59,963 nt of DNA from a virus. Its lineage: Duplodnaviria; Caudoviricetes. This document shows positions 18,921 through 28,659 of the stretch, in pieces. The DNA is taken from positions 1 through 59,963 of IMG/VR virus record IMGVR_UViG_3300030104_000859; one strand, written 5' to 3'. Each line of letters begins with the position of its first letter. Position 1 is the stretch's first letter. A program made the position numbers and the translations under genes. The notes below the pieces were generated by a model. The model saw only the letters and a program-made list of their open reading frames with translations. It was not told the DNA's origin and searched no databases.

Positions 18921-19862
18921 TTAAGTTATATTAGTATAGTTGCCTTCAGCATCATCGACTTTGAGCTTTTCGGCAGCATATTGTTCAAGTGGTATATTCC
19001 ATTTCTGAGCTAGTCTAACATCTTCTTTAGATAGTTTGACTTTATTAGAACTGGATGGGGACAAACGTGACGACCCCGATACTACTTGAGCAGGTGTTGA
19101 CGTACTTTCCTGCACACGTTCTTCAGTTTCTCCCACACTTGGAGAGAAAGCTTTTTTAAGTCTGTTATCAATTTCCTGATAAAACTCTTTATCTTGAGGA
19201 TCATATCCTTCTCCTTTTAATTCTGCATCTATTGCTAAAGCAGCAGCAGTTTTAACATTGTCCTGTCCAAACCAAGAATTTTTAGCTGCCCATTCTTCAG
19301 CCATTGGATCATTTTGAGGTCGAACCTGTGGCCTAGCTATAGGCTGTTGTTGAACTGGAGCAGTATTTTGAGAAACATTTTCAAAATGTATTTTAGCTGA
19401 AGATACATCTTTTAAATCATTCTGTGCTTCATTCAACATTTCTTGTGCTTGAAGAACTCTTTCTTTATCTCCTTCTTCAAAAGCTTCCATATAGACAGAT
19501 CTGGCAAGCTCAAGTTTATCAGTTAATTGTTTCTCAGAAGCATTAAGGCTTAACTTATTTACCTCATTTACTTCATGATGTTTTGTTCTGAGGTTATTAC
19601 CTAACTCCTCATTTTTTTGGATGAGAGCAGCAATCTGTTCATCTCTTTCTTTTCTTTGTCGAATAAGTTGCCTTATTCTTTTTTCAGCACCTTTTGTTTC
19701 TATACCTTCTAACTCTGGTGCTTCTTCTTCTTTTTGAGGTTCTGGTTCTGCTTTAGCTTCTACTTTAGGTTTAGCTTCTTCTTCACCTTCTACCTCAAAT
19801 TCAACTTTTTTCTGCTCTTCATTCGGGATTTCGACTTCATCCCAATTATCATTTTCACTCAT
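18921..19862 (-). CDS. Capsid scaffolding protein
   Basis: Acidic coiled-coil, 'WAAKNSWFG', C-terminal 'VKLS..DV.LA.K..IPLEQYA'; position between portal and MCP. Confidence 0.7.
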   Translation of the reverse strand: MSENDNWDEVEIPNEEQKKVEFEVEGEEEAKPKVEAKAEPEPQKEEEAPELEGIETKGAEKRIRQLIRQRKERDEQIAALIQKNEELGNNLRTKHHEVNEVNKLSLNASEKQLTDKLELARSVYMEAFEEGDKERVLQAQEMLNEAQNDLKDVSSAKIHFENVSQNTAPVQQQPIARPQVRPQNDPMAEEWAAKNSWFGQDNVKTAAALAIDAELKGEGYDPQDKEFYQEIDNRLKKAFSPSVGETEERVQESTSTPAQVVSGSSRLSPSSSNKVKLSKEDVRLAQKWNIPLEQYAAEKLKVDDAEGNYTNIT

Positions 19863-19904
19863 TATTACCTCCGTTGTGTACGAGTCAACGATTTAACGTA
19901 ACTA

Positions 19905-19939
19905 TATTATACCATAAAATTAACTATTTCACAAATTAA
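19905..19939 (-). promoter_or_regulatory. Late promoter copy 1 (TTGTGA-N17-TATAAT, extended -10 TG)
   Basis: 34/35 identical to 25707-25741; upstream of the scaffold gene. Confidence 0.7.
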
Positions 19940-20364
19940 GCTGACCCTTTAGTTAAATTAAATGTTGGGTCAAGATCTTTTGGATCTTCTACTACCATAG
20001 TAATTTGATCATCAAATAGTAAAATAAACCTTACTCCTTTATAAAGTAGTTTAGTTCCTGTATGTTTACCGTAACATACATAATCTCCTACATTACACCA
20101 TGCGCCAGAAGGAAACTTATCTTTATCCATATAAGCTAGATCACCAAGAACTATTACTTTACCTACCGTTGTAAGATACGACATATCTTCCTTGGTTGAA
20201 TCTGGTAGAAGAATACCACCTTTAGTTTGACTTTTAACAGATACTGGACGTATCAGGACATGAAATCCCGGTATCTTAGGCAATACTTCTGGATCTGCTA
20301 CTTCCTCTGGATCTGTAATCCATAGATCATTTTTAACGGACTTTCCCATTTGTACTTGTTGCAT
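19936..20364 (-). CDS. groES: GroES-like co-chaperonin
   Basis: 'VLIRP......TKGGILLPDS.......GKVIVLG...W.NVGDYV.YGKH.G' Cpn10 signature. Confidence 0.85.
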   Translation of the reverse strand: MQQVQMGKSVKNDLWITDPEEVADPEVLPKIPGFHVLIRPVSVKSQTKGGILLPDSTKEDMSYLTTVGKVIVLGDLAYMDKDKFPSGAWCNVGDYVCYGKHTGTKLLYKGVRFILLFDDQITMVVEDPKDLDPTFNLTKGSA

Positions 20365-20558
20365 TAGTCTTCATTTTCTCCATATGTTCGTTTTTTAATA
20401 ATATCATTTATATTTGTTCTAGCCCATTCAAGACTTTGTATTGATCCTACAACTTGTCTATAGTGGGCATAATCTTCAGCCGTACCATTACCTAAATGTA
20501 TTCTTAATTTTTGAATCTCATTATTAAGTTCTTGTACAACTTCATCCCAGATATCCAT
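20364..20558 (-). CDS. Small conserved protein between portal and groES
   Basis: 'G.AEDYAHYRQVVG.I' motif. Confidence 0.6.
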   Translation of the reverse strand: MDIWDEVVQELNNEIQKLRIHLGNGTAEDYAHYRQVVGSIQSLEWARTNINDIIKKRTYGENED

Positions 20559-20564
20559 CTGGAA

Positions 20565-20735
20565 TTAAGAACCTCTCTCAGACTTAGGAGCTTCCCAAGA
20601 TTCTTTGTCCCACTCATTAAGTACAGATCTTATATTACGACCACCTGTTACATCTTGTGCATAGGCATCGCCAAAAGATTTAGAACTGTCCTTAACATGG
20701 GAAGGATAACCTTTACCCTTCTTCATTTCTGCCAT
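20565..20735 (-). CDS. Small hypothetical protein (MAEMKKGKGY...)
   Basis: GAGGAG SD; overlaps the portal 3' end. Confidence 0.5.
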   Translation of the reverse strand: MAEMKKGKGYPSHVKDSSKSFGDAYAQDVTGGRNIRSVLNEWDKESWEAPKSERGS

Positions 20736-23265
20736 TTTTTGTCTCCTCTTTAGATTGTTCAATAGCCATTTTAACTAATGCTTCTAGACCTTTCATATCA
20801 AGATCTTTTTTATCTTTTTTATTTTGTTGTAGTATTTCTTTCATAATAAGTTCTTTAGCTCTTTTATCTTGTGAATCTATTTTAGCTTCTTCAATTCCAA
20901 GTTTACCTAAAATTTCTAAAGACTTAATTTCTTTTTTAGAATCTCTATCTAATGCTGCTTTTTCTTTCTTAAAGTTTTCTGTAGCACCATCTTTAAGCAT
21001 ATCTATTAATTGTTCATTTTCATCTAGTTCAAGTTGTTTATTTTTAATTTCCATTTCAGCAGCTTGAACCATAGTATCAGACTGTAGTTTTTGTTTTTGT
21101 AGTTCTACCTTGGCTTGTTCAAGAGATACAAGCTGTTGTTCTGGAGACTGTGCCATACCCATAGCTTGATTAGCATTCATTACTTGCTGTGCTGCTTGTG
21201 CCATAGCCATCTCTGCTGCTGCTGGATTTTGTTGTCCTTCTGTCATTTGCTGTGCAATACCACTCATTTGTTCTTGATACTTAAGAACTGAATGCTCTTG
21301 TATATTAGCTTGAAGTATTGGTTGTATTCTTTGCATAATAGGATTAGCACCATTAGCAGGATCTTGTAGATATGCCATCTTAGTTTGTATATGGGCATCA
21401 TGATTTTGACCCGGAAATGCCCCTATAGGTATTCCCTTGGTAGCAGCCATAATATCAGATACAGGGTCCATAGGTTTTGGTTCTATCTTTGGAGGAAGTA
21501 TCTGTTCCAGATTAGGCATGTTGGCTGCATTAAGTATTGTTCTATTTAATGCTTCAAGATTAAACATACCGGGTGGTGACTGTTGTGCCATTTGTAAAGC
21601 CATATTAGCTAACATCATACGATGGGCATTAGAAGGTATATTAGGATCTGATACTGGAACAATATCTATACGGCCATCAAAGTCACTTTTAAATATACTA
21701 CGATCTTCAAATGGAACATCATAAGGATATTCATTTGGTAGATAATCATAATCTATCTTAGCTAATATTCTAAATTCATCTCTTTGAGACTTATGTAGTC
21801 GCTTATGTATAGCTGTAAAAAACTTACTACTAGCTTCAAGTAAAGCCATAGTTGTTCCTACAGGTCCATAGGAGGCAGCATCAGAGACAATCTGCTCTGT
21901 GCTGTCTGCAAACTTCTGACCAGCAGAAGCTACAAATGAAAGCATTTGAAATAGAGTCGAGGAAGGCTCTTTATAGGGGAGAGGAATAATAGCCTTAGAT
22001 AAATCTATTCCAGTTGCTTCAACCTCCTTGAACTCACCGGGGGATATAGGTTCGTTATCACCAACCATCCTAAGTCCCTTGGCTTTAAAACCTCCCGGTA
22101 AATTAGCAAACTGTCCTGCATCTATAAGGGATCTCATTGCAGCAGTTGCACTCATAGTAAGATTACCAAGGAAGTGTATAAGTCCTAGTCCGTAGAAACC
22201 AAATCCGGGTACAAATCTATAGTGAACAAAGTGACTACGTTTTTCCATATTAGGATCATTCTGTTCATAGTTTCTACGAATACTTAGTACTGTTCTACTT
22301 TGTTCTTCTACAGTTACGATATAAGGTAGAGACTGATCTTTACCTTCTATATCAAGATAACAATGTTGTTCCAGTAAAATATACTGTGGATCTTTATCAG
22401 AACTAGGGGATATACCTATAATTGTATCCATCTTTTCAGCAAAAGATGTTTGATTTATTTGGCTAGGATCTGGTAATTCAATATCTTTATATACACCAGC
22501 ACGTACATCTCTTTCTAATTCTACAGGACTACGATAGATAACATGTGTATAACGATCTGCATTTCTAAGATCTGTAGCAAAGTAAGACACATAGAATTGA
22601 TCTATAGGTATAAATTCTGATACTGGACGTTTAAGAGTAGAGTCATAGTATGTCTTTTTAAATGCTGATCCTATCAAGGGAAGATGGAACAGCATTCTTT
22701 CAAACTCATCAAAGTATTCCGGCATCTGCTCAGTTACCTGATAGTTCATAAAGTTCTGTACTCTATTGGCTTGCATCTCTTTCTCTGGAGTAGACTTACC
22801 AAGTATGTTTGTTTTTACAGGACCAGAACTAGGAAAGAGTTCTCCTGAAGCTTTAGACTGAAACTTTACAGCAGACTCAATAAGAAGTGGGTGTACGGCT
22901 GTACATGCTCCTTCAAAAGGTTCTGACCCCGGCTCAAGTTTAAGTCCTAGTAATTCAAAGCCTCTTTCAAACATAGACTCCCATTCACCTCTTGAGTCTT
23001 TGTCTGCCTGATAGTTTTCTATAGTATCAATAGCTATATCAAATAATTTTTCTTCATCTAAAGTTTCTGATAAATCACCATACCATTCTTCTATCGCTTG
23101 AGAAGGTTCCATTGTAATATCTTCATTAGCAAAATCTACAATAACTCCACCATCATCTTCTACCTGAAAGGTAGCATTTATATCTGTTTCTTCGGCTGGA
23201 GGCATAGGAACTACATTAGATACTTCCTGTGGTATTTGCTCAAACGGATTTCTTTCTGTTGCCAT
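20713..23265 (-). CDS. Portal protein
   Basis: 850 aa; 'PFEGAC...HPLL.ES.V.FQ', 'LPLIGSAFKK.YYD', 'PGFGFYGLGLIH.LG' and 'LPYKEPS.TL' motifs; C-terminal coiled-coil barrel. Confidence 0.9.
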   Translation of the reverse strand: MATERNPFEQIPQEVSNVVPMPPAEETDINATFQVEDDGGVIVDFANEDITMEPSQAIEEWYGDLSETLDEEKLFDIAIDTIENYQADKDSRGEWESMFERGFELLGLKLEPGSEPFEGACTAVHPLLIESAVKFQSKASGELFPSSGPVKTNILGKSTPEKEMQANRVQNFMNYQVTEQMPEYFDEFERMLFHLPLIGSAFKKTYYDSTLKRPVSEFIPIDQFYVSYFATDLRNADRYTHVIYRSPVELERDVRAGVYKDIELPDPSQINQTSFAEKMDTIIGISPSSDKDPQYILLEQHCYLDIEGKDQSLPYIVTVEEQSRTVLSIRRNYEQNDPNMEKRSHFVHYRFVPGFGFYGLGLIHFLGNLTMSATAAMRSLIDAGQFANLPGGFKAKGLRMVGDNEPISPGEFKEVEATGIDLSKAIIPLPYKEPSSTLFQMLSFVASAGQKFADSTEQIVSDAASYGPVGTTMALLEASSKFFTAIHKRLHKSQRDEFRILAKIDYDYLPNEYPYDVPFEDRSIFKSDFDGRIDIVPVSDPNIPSNAHRMMLANMALQMAQQSPPGMFNLEALNRTILNAANMPNLEQILPPKIEPKPMDPVSDIMAATKGIPIGAFPGQNHDAHIQTKMAYLQDPANGANPIMQRIQPILQANIQEHSVLKYQEQMSGIAQQMTEGQQNPAAAEMAMAQAAQQVMNANQAMGMAQSPEQQLVSLEQAKVELQKQKLQSDTMVQAAEMEIKNKQLELDENEQLIDMLKDGATENFKKEKAALDRDSKKEIKSLEILGKLGIEEAKIDSQDKRAKELIMKEILQQNKKDKKDLDMKGLEALVKMAIEQSKEETKNGRNEEG

Positions 23266-23266
23266 A

Positions 23267-25669
23267 TTAGGAACGTCCTTGTAAATTTAATCTTATTTTA
23301 GCTTCTTCTTCTGTGATACCTTGATTATTCATTAGTATTCTTATTCTAGTTTTATCTCCTTCAGTTAAAGAAGGTAAAGAAACTGTACTTTCTTTTGCTG
23401 CTTCTTTAGTTTCTTCTTCTACTTTTTTTAATTCTTTTTTAAACTTTTTAACACCCGGTACTTCTGGAGCTAATGATCCAACAGATAAACTGTCATCATA
23501 TCCGGGTTCATTTTCAGGAGATATAACAGTAATAGATCCATCATCATGTACATGTACTGGTACTCCATTAATCTCTGCTGTACCTATAAGACCCATACCT
23601 TTAAATAGACTACCTAATCCGTAGCTTGCAAGAAAACCGGGTGCGCCTTTACCTTTATTTTCTACAAAACTATTACCAAAAATATCTTTAGCAGCTTCTA
23701 GAGTTGCTTTTTCTTCAGCTTCTTCTTGATCTTTTTTAGGGGAGGTTTCGTTTACTCTATCGGCTTTAGCCGTTACCATAGCATTTCTAAATTTATTTTG
23801 TAAGTTATTTAGATTTTGTTCAAAAGCTACATCTTCTTTAGTGTAACCCGGTCTTCTAGCTAAATCTTCATCAGATCTAAATCTTTGAGCTGCTGAAGAA
23901 AGACCTAAAGTTTTACTGAATGAGTCAGGAAGAAGATTAGCAATAAATCTTTCAAGACCACTTACATCTTCATATTGTCCTAGTTCACTTGACTCAGGAT
24001 CTGGACTTAAATAAGTTTGGGCAATATCTACACCTGCTACTTCAGATGGTCCCATTAATCCTACTCTTCCTTGTGGATCTGGTGCAAAAGCAAAGTCACC
24101 CATATAAGCTACATCTGGTAAATCTGAGGATACACTTGGTGCATCTGAGGGTACATCTGGTGCATCTACTGATATACTTTCTGAATCATAAGGTCCATAG
24201 GAATAATCATCAAAATCATAAGTACCGGGATCATCTTCTGCTCCAAATCCTCCTGCTATTCCTCCACCTATATCAAAACCTCCACCATCAAACTTTTTTA
24301 CGATGCCAGATAAGCCACCTCCATGTTTCAATGCATAGTAACCACCTGTATATTGTTCTTCTGCTTGATATTCTGGTGTATCCATATAAGATAAGTCAAT
24401 ACTTCTATCTGGAGTATAATCTCTACCACCCGTAGGAGAAGTAAATGTACCTCCAAATGTCCTTGCATCTTCAGTTGGATATTCCATATAACCCATTTCT
24501 GCATCCTCTAATTCAAGTTGAGTTGCTATAGCTGCTTGCTGTGCTGCTTGCATTGCTTCGGGACTGATTGTACCAGATGGCATATTTTGTAACATATCAG
24601 GTTGTTGAGTAGTAGGTTTAGCAAATCTGCCATAGTTTGACATCATATTTGCATATGCTCTTTGTGCTAAATTTGGTTTTGCTTGTGCAGCTATCATTGC
24701 TTGATACGCTTTATTTGATTTTTCTATTTCAGACTCTTCTCGTTCAGCTTCTCTGTCTTCTTTTCGTCTAGTAAAATCAGCCATGCTTTCTAATAAAGTA
24801 CGTGTTGTCCTAGGTTTACCAAACATACCGGGTGTATAAGCTCTGCTAGGAGGAGATTGTAGCATATTACCACCAATTAAAAGATTAGGATCATATTCAG
24901 TTCTTGATTTCTCTACTTGATATGCAGGATCTGACGTTGGTACTGTAGATATTGTTCCTATCTCTGTACTTCTATTAGGATAAGCAAAACCAATAGGAGT
25001 TTGTAGCATGTTAGCACCTGCTGGAGAAGGTCTAACTCCTCTACCATACCTACCTGCATCTCTTGCTTCAGCTTCTTTCTCTGCTTGATCTCTTGTAATT
25101 TGTTCAGCTAAAGAAGCAGATCCTGTTGGTATTTCTCTAGCAGGTTTTCTACCGGGAAGTGTTTGACTTAAAAGTGAAACATCTCTACCACCCCTACCTC
25201 TTGAACGTCCTCCTGTAAGAACACCGGGTGTATAAGCCCTACTAGGAGGAGATTGTAGCATATTACCACCAATTAAAAGATTAGGATCTCTAAACTCTGA
25301 TACAAATACATTAGGGGGAGTTTGTCTTATTATTTCATTTCGATAAGCTTGTTCTTGTTTTTCTTTATCTTCTTTTGTAAAAGGTTGTTGTAATGTTTCA
25401 TCAAATCTAGGATTATATAAACCACGTTCATCAAAACCTTCTCTATTATAATAGTTACCATCATCACCTAAAAACATTTCTTGTAGACCAATATCTGTTT
25501 CTACTAATTTAGCAGGTCCACCAGACTGCCTATATACGACAGGCATTTCACGTAGAGATGCAAGTCCACCTCCTCGTCTAGGTAACTTTATTTTTGTTAT
25601 TTCTATTTCAGGTGACATACCTATAGCATCTTTAGCTAGATTTTTTGCAAGTTTAAATGTATCAGACAT
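23267..25669 (-). CDS. Large low-complexity/disordered protein between terL and portal
   Basis: 800-aa ORF with its own promoter, internal repeats and xxGG motifs. Confidence 0.65.
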   Translation of the reverse strand: MSDTFKLAKNLAKDAIGMSPEIEITKIKLPRRGGGLASLREMPVVYRQSGGPAKLVETDIGLQEMFLGDDGNYYNREGFDERGLYNPRFDETLQQPFTKEDKEKQEQAYRNEIIRQTPPNVFVSEFRDPNLLIGGNMLQSPPSRAYTPGVLTGGRSRGRGGRDVSLLSQTLPGRKPAREIPTGSASLAEQITRDQAEKEAEARDAGRYGRGVRPSPAGANMLQTPIGFAYPNRSTEIGTISTVPTSDPAYQVEKSRTEYDPNLLIGGNMLQSPPSRAYTPGMFGKPRTTRTLLESMADFTRRKEDREAEREESEIEKSNKAYQAMIAAQAKPNLAQRAYANMMSNYGRFAKPTTQQPDMLQNMPSGTISPEAMQAAQQAAIATQLELEDAEMGYMEYPTEDARTFGGTFTSPTGGRDYTPDRSIDLSYMDTPEYQAEEQYTGGYYALKHGGGLSGIVKKFDGGGFDIGGGIAGGFGAEDDPGTYDFDDYSYGPYDSESISVDAPDVPSDAPSVSSDLPDVAYMGDFAFAPDPQGRVGLMGPSEVAGVDIAQTYLSPDPESSELGQYEDVSGLERFIANLLPDSFSKTLGLSSAAQRFRSDEDLARRPGYTKEDVAFEQNLNNLQNKFRNAMVTAKADRVNETSPKKDQEEAEEKATLEAAKDIFGNSFVENKGKGAPGFLASYGLGSLFKGMGLIGTAEINGVPVHVHDDGSITVISPENEPGYDDSLSVGSLAPEVPGVKKFKKELKKVEEETKEAAKESTVSLPSLTEGDKTRIRILMNNQGITEEEAKIRLNLQGRS
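24827..25288. repeat. 66-bp direct repeat (24827-24892 and 25223-25288) encoding DPNLLIGGNMLQSPPSRAYTPG
   Basis: 64/66 identity by eye. Confidence 0.9.
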
Positions 25670-25706
25670 AGAATTATTCCCCTTAGTTTTTCCCCGATCC
25701 GTAATC

Positions 25707-25741
25707 TATTATACCACAAAATTAACTATTTCACAAATTAA
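25707..25741 (-). promoter_or_regulatory. Late promoter copy 2
   Basis: Near-identical to 19905-19939. Confidence 0.7.
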
Positions 25742-27291
25742 AATGTCCAATAGGTACTTTTTTCACTTCTAGGTTCATCTTCAAAGTCTGGATCATCGGG
25801 GTGTGTTAAATGCCAAGACTCTTTCATATAGTGGACTGCCATTGTTAAAGCGTCCACTTGGTCATCATGAGCAGCATTGGGAAACCGTATAAGCTCCTCT
25901 ACTAGGTCATCTGACCACTTCTTACCTTTGGGTATCCATAGACGACCTGCTTCCATAATAGGTGAAGCTGCGTAAACTCTGGATACCTTATCTCTATCTG
26001 GTGTGTATTCCATTACAGGTAGGCCACCTCTTCTCATATCCTGTATTAGGGATTGACCACTTGCTTTCTTTTCAATCATACATACATCTGGTCTATGTTG
26101 ATTATATAGTTTCTGTGCAAGTTTCCTTAGTTCGGGGTATTCAAACCTTCCCTTGATATTTCCCAGAAGTATTAGCTGTGGAGCAAATGTCTCTATACCA
26201 TGCTCATCATGATCATATACATGGAATATGCCCCATGTCTGAATAACACTGTAGTCTGCTGTAGTTCTGGTAGAGAAAGCTGTATCATAGGTTTGTATTA
26301 CAAAGTCACATGCAGGAGGTTCTGGTTCTTCCCAATACTGTATCCATTTCTTTTTTATTAAACCACCTTCTTCTGGTGTAGGATCTTGCATATAGAGAGA
26401 GTTCCAATACCTAGCCCCATTACTAGCTTTGATTTCATTCTCATCTACCTGTAGTATTTCATCTGGTTTCCATTCAGGAAAGTAACTTCTACCTACAGGT
26501 AAGTCCAGAAGTTTGGCTGCGTCTTCATCCAGCCATGCAGGTATTTTAATTACCTCCCAAGGAGTTGTTTCGTATTCGGACATATCTTCTTGTTGCTTTA
26601 GCAGCCATCCACACAGATCATCGTAGTGATACCTTGTATTGATAATGACGATAGCACCATTTGGCATTATTCGGGTTCTTAAACCTGCTGGATACCACTC
26701 CTTTACATATCGTCTACCTGCTTCAGAGTAGGAATCTTCTTCAGACATGACATCATCCAGTATTGCTATATGCGCTCCTCGACCTGCTATCTGTGATCTA
26801 ACACCAGCAGCATAGTACATACCACCATGATTTGTCTTCCACTTACCAGCAGCCCTTACATCGCTTCTTAATTGGACACCTCTAAAGATTTTTTGAAACT
26901 CTTCTGTATTTACAATGTCTCTTACGGATCTACCAAAGTCAGATGATAGCTGATCACTGTGAGAGACAGTCAATATCTCATGTTCAGGGTTACGACCTAT
27001 ATACCATGCAGGGAAAAGCTTAGAACATATAACTGATTTGCTAGAACGTGGAGGAAGAAAGACCATAAGTCTCTTTATTTCTCCTTCTTCTAACTGCTTT
27101 AGCTTATTGGATATAACTTGTATATGCTTACCCATTCTAAAGTCAGACACAAGAGAAGGAGCCATCATCCTTACAAAGGTTAGAAAGTCTGATTTTGATT
27201 GTTGTTCTACTTTTTGTGAAAGAAGTCCTTTAAGATTTATAAAAGACTCTAATAAATTCTCTTCTAAATTATTCATAATACTATTATACAC
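25738..27291 (-). CDS. terL: Terminase large subunit
   Basis: Walker A-like PPRSSKS, Walker B AILDD, 'NTRYH.DDL.G', nuclease 'YDTA' and 'HDDQVDA'. Confidence 0.95.
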   Translation of the reverse strand: MYNSIMNNLEENLLESFINLKGLLSQKVEQQSKSDFLTFVRMMAPSLVSDFRMGKHIQVISNKLKQLEEGEIKRLMVFLPPRSSKSVICSKLFPAWYIGRNPEHEILTVSHSDQLSSDFGRSVRDIVNTEEFQKIFRGVQLRSDVRAAGKWKTNHGGMYYAAGVRSQIAGRGAHIAILDDVMSEEDSYSEAGRRYVKEWYPAGLRTRIMPNGAIVIINTRYHYDDLCGWLLKQQEDMSEYETTPWEVIKIPAWLDEDAAKLLDLPVGRSYFPEWKPDEILQVDENEIKASNGARYWNSLYMQDPTPEEGGLIKKKWIQYWEEPEPPACDFVIQTYDTAFSTRTTADYSVIQTWGIFHVYDHDEHGIETFAPQLILLGNIKGRFEYPELRKLAQKLYNQHRPDVCMIEKKASGQSLIQDMRRGGLPVMEYTPDRDKVSRVYAASPIMEAGRLWIPKGKKWSDDLVEELIRFPNAAHDDQVDALTMAVHYMKESWHLTHPDDPDFEDEPRSEKSTYWTF

Positions 27292-27790
27292 TATAATATC
27301 TAATTATACAAGTACTAAAATAAAAATATATATAATTAAATTTATAATTACTAAAGTATAATGTAATTAGTACTTAAGTATCCCGACATTTGTAGAATTT
27401 AGACCCTTATATTTTGCTAATTTTATGCCCCCTTACTAATATATAGCGTGACAAGGGGCCGGAAAATTTTTTTTAGGCGGGTTCTACAAAATTTTAGTGT
27501 AGTTTAGACAATCCTATTTAACAGATACCTTGTGTAGAATAGGGGGGGTAGTGGTGCTTATGCAAAAATCATGCCAGCTTTTCCAGCTCGTCAGTTTGTA
27601 ACAAAATTGTGATAATTGTTACAGTATATTCCCCCTTGGTAAATCGTCACATTTAAGGGTATTCTTTAAATATGCTTTATATGGCGTTTTAAGCGTGTTG
27701 TATGCGTATCTATTGCTGGCTGGTAGTTTTACACTCTTTTATATATAGTTGGCAATCTGGAGCGATATCGTATTTTTGACGATTTTCATT

Positions 27791-27806
27791 ATGGTAGCGC
27801 TACCAT
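27791..27806. promoter_or_regulatory. Palindromic operator copy 1 (ATGGTAGCGCTACCAT)
   Basis: Perfect 16-bp palindrome, repeated five times in the early region. Confidence 0.8.
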
Positions 27807-27838
27807 TTTGACGATTAATATTTATTTGTGTGCAGGGG

Positions 27839-27866
27839 TTGACTCAATCGTATGATCTGTCATACT
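27839..27866 (+). promoter_or_regulatory. sigma70-like early promoter TTGACT-N16-CATACT
   Basis: Upstream of the first early gene. Confidence 0.5.
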
Positions 27867-27968
27867 TCAAATCATAGGCGCTCTGGACTAGCCAATCTGG
27901 CAAAACCACCGTAAAGCAAGATTGTTTGCAATAATGCGACAATCTAATCACATTGGAGTATTTATATT

Positions 27969-28472
27969 ATGACAACATTTACTACTGAAATTAAAACTAT
28001 TCAAACTCAGATTGACACTTTAAACGAGAGTGCGAAGGATATATCTGAAGAACGCAACAAGCTTATGACTAAGCGAACTGTAGTTTGCGGAGTAGTTTTT
28101 ATTAACTCTACGGCTAAGGGTAGTCAGGCCGAGAAAAAAGCATTGGCTGAAGCAACCAATCCGACTACGCAGGAAAAGACTTTTACTTTCTGGCGTAGGG
28201 TTGCGAAAAACAGACCTGACCTTGTTGGTGCTGGTGAAGATGTACTATCAGCATTTATGGCCAACGAAGGCCTTACAAGCTGGCGCAAAATTGTTGCGTA
28301 TGGCAAGCCTGAAGAACCAAAATTGTCACCACAAGCCGAAGCTTTAATTGAAGCAATGATGCTGGTATGCCAAGACGAAGGCGCTGGCATTGTCGAAGGT
28401 GACGGAGAAAGAGCCAAGGTTGAACAAGCCTTAGTCGATGTTATCTTAAAATTAGAAAAATCTGTTAAATAA
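27969..28472 (+). CDS. First early gene, hypothetical protein
   Basis: GGAG SD; has its own promoter and terminator. Confidence 0.75.
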   Translation: MTTFTTEIKTIQTQIDTLNESAKDISEERNKLMTKRTVVCGVVFINSTAKGSQAEKKALAEATNPTTQEKTFTFWRRVAKNRPDLVGAGEDVLSAFMANEGLTSWRKIVAYGKPEEPKLSPQAEALIEAMMLVCQDEGAGIVEGDGERAKVEQALVDVILKLEKSVK

Positions 28473-28483
28473 CCTCCAAACTA

Positions 28484-28534
28484 TATCCCCTATATCTTAA
28501 TTGATATGGGGGATTTTTTTTTGGTTTTTTTTTT
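28484..28534 (+). terminator. Rho-independent terminator
   Basis: ATCCCCTATATC-TTAATT-GATATGGGGGAT followed by long T tracts. Confidence 0.85.
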
Positions 28535-28539
28535 GATTA

Positions 28540-28553
28540 TGGTAGCGCTACCA
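28540..28553. promoter_or_regulatory. Operator copy 2 (TGGTAGCGCTACCA)
   Basis: Perfect palindrome. Confidence 0.8.
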
Positions 28554-28556
28554 GAA

Positions 28557-28643
28557 TGATGAGTATGAGTTTACAATCTTGCTTATGAGTATGAGAATAA
28601 GTTTATGAGTATGAGTTTATGAGTATGAGTATGAGTTTATGAG
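28557..28643 (+). repeat. Tandem (T)ATGAG(T) short-repeat array
   Basis: About ten ATGAG units at 6- or 8-bp spacing. Confidence 0.9.
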
Positions 28644-28659
28644 CCAATCGGAAAAGCCC

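Noticed and set aside
19919-19939. CtrA box in the late promoters
   Set aside because: The TTAA half-sites are 12 nt apart, not the 7 nt of TTAA-N7-TTAA.
27870-27950. Possible tRNA or ncRNA in the first early leader
   Set aside because: Only one clear hairpin; no cloverleaf, T-loop or CCA.
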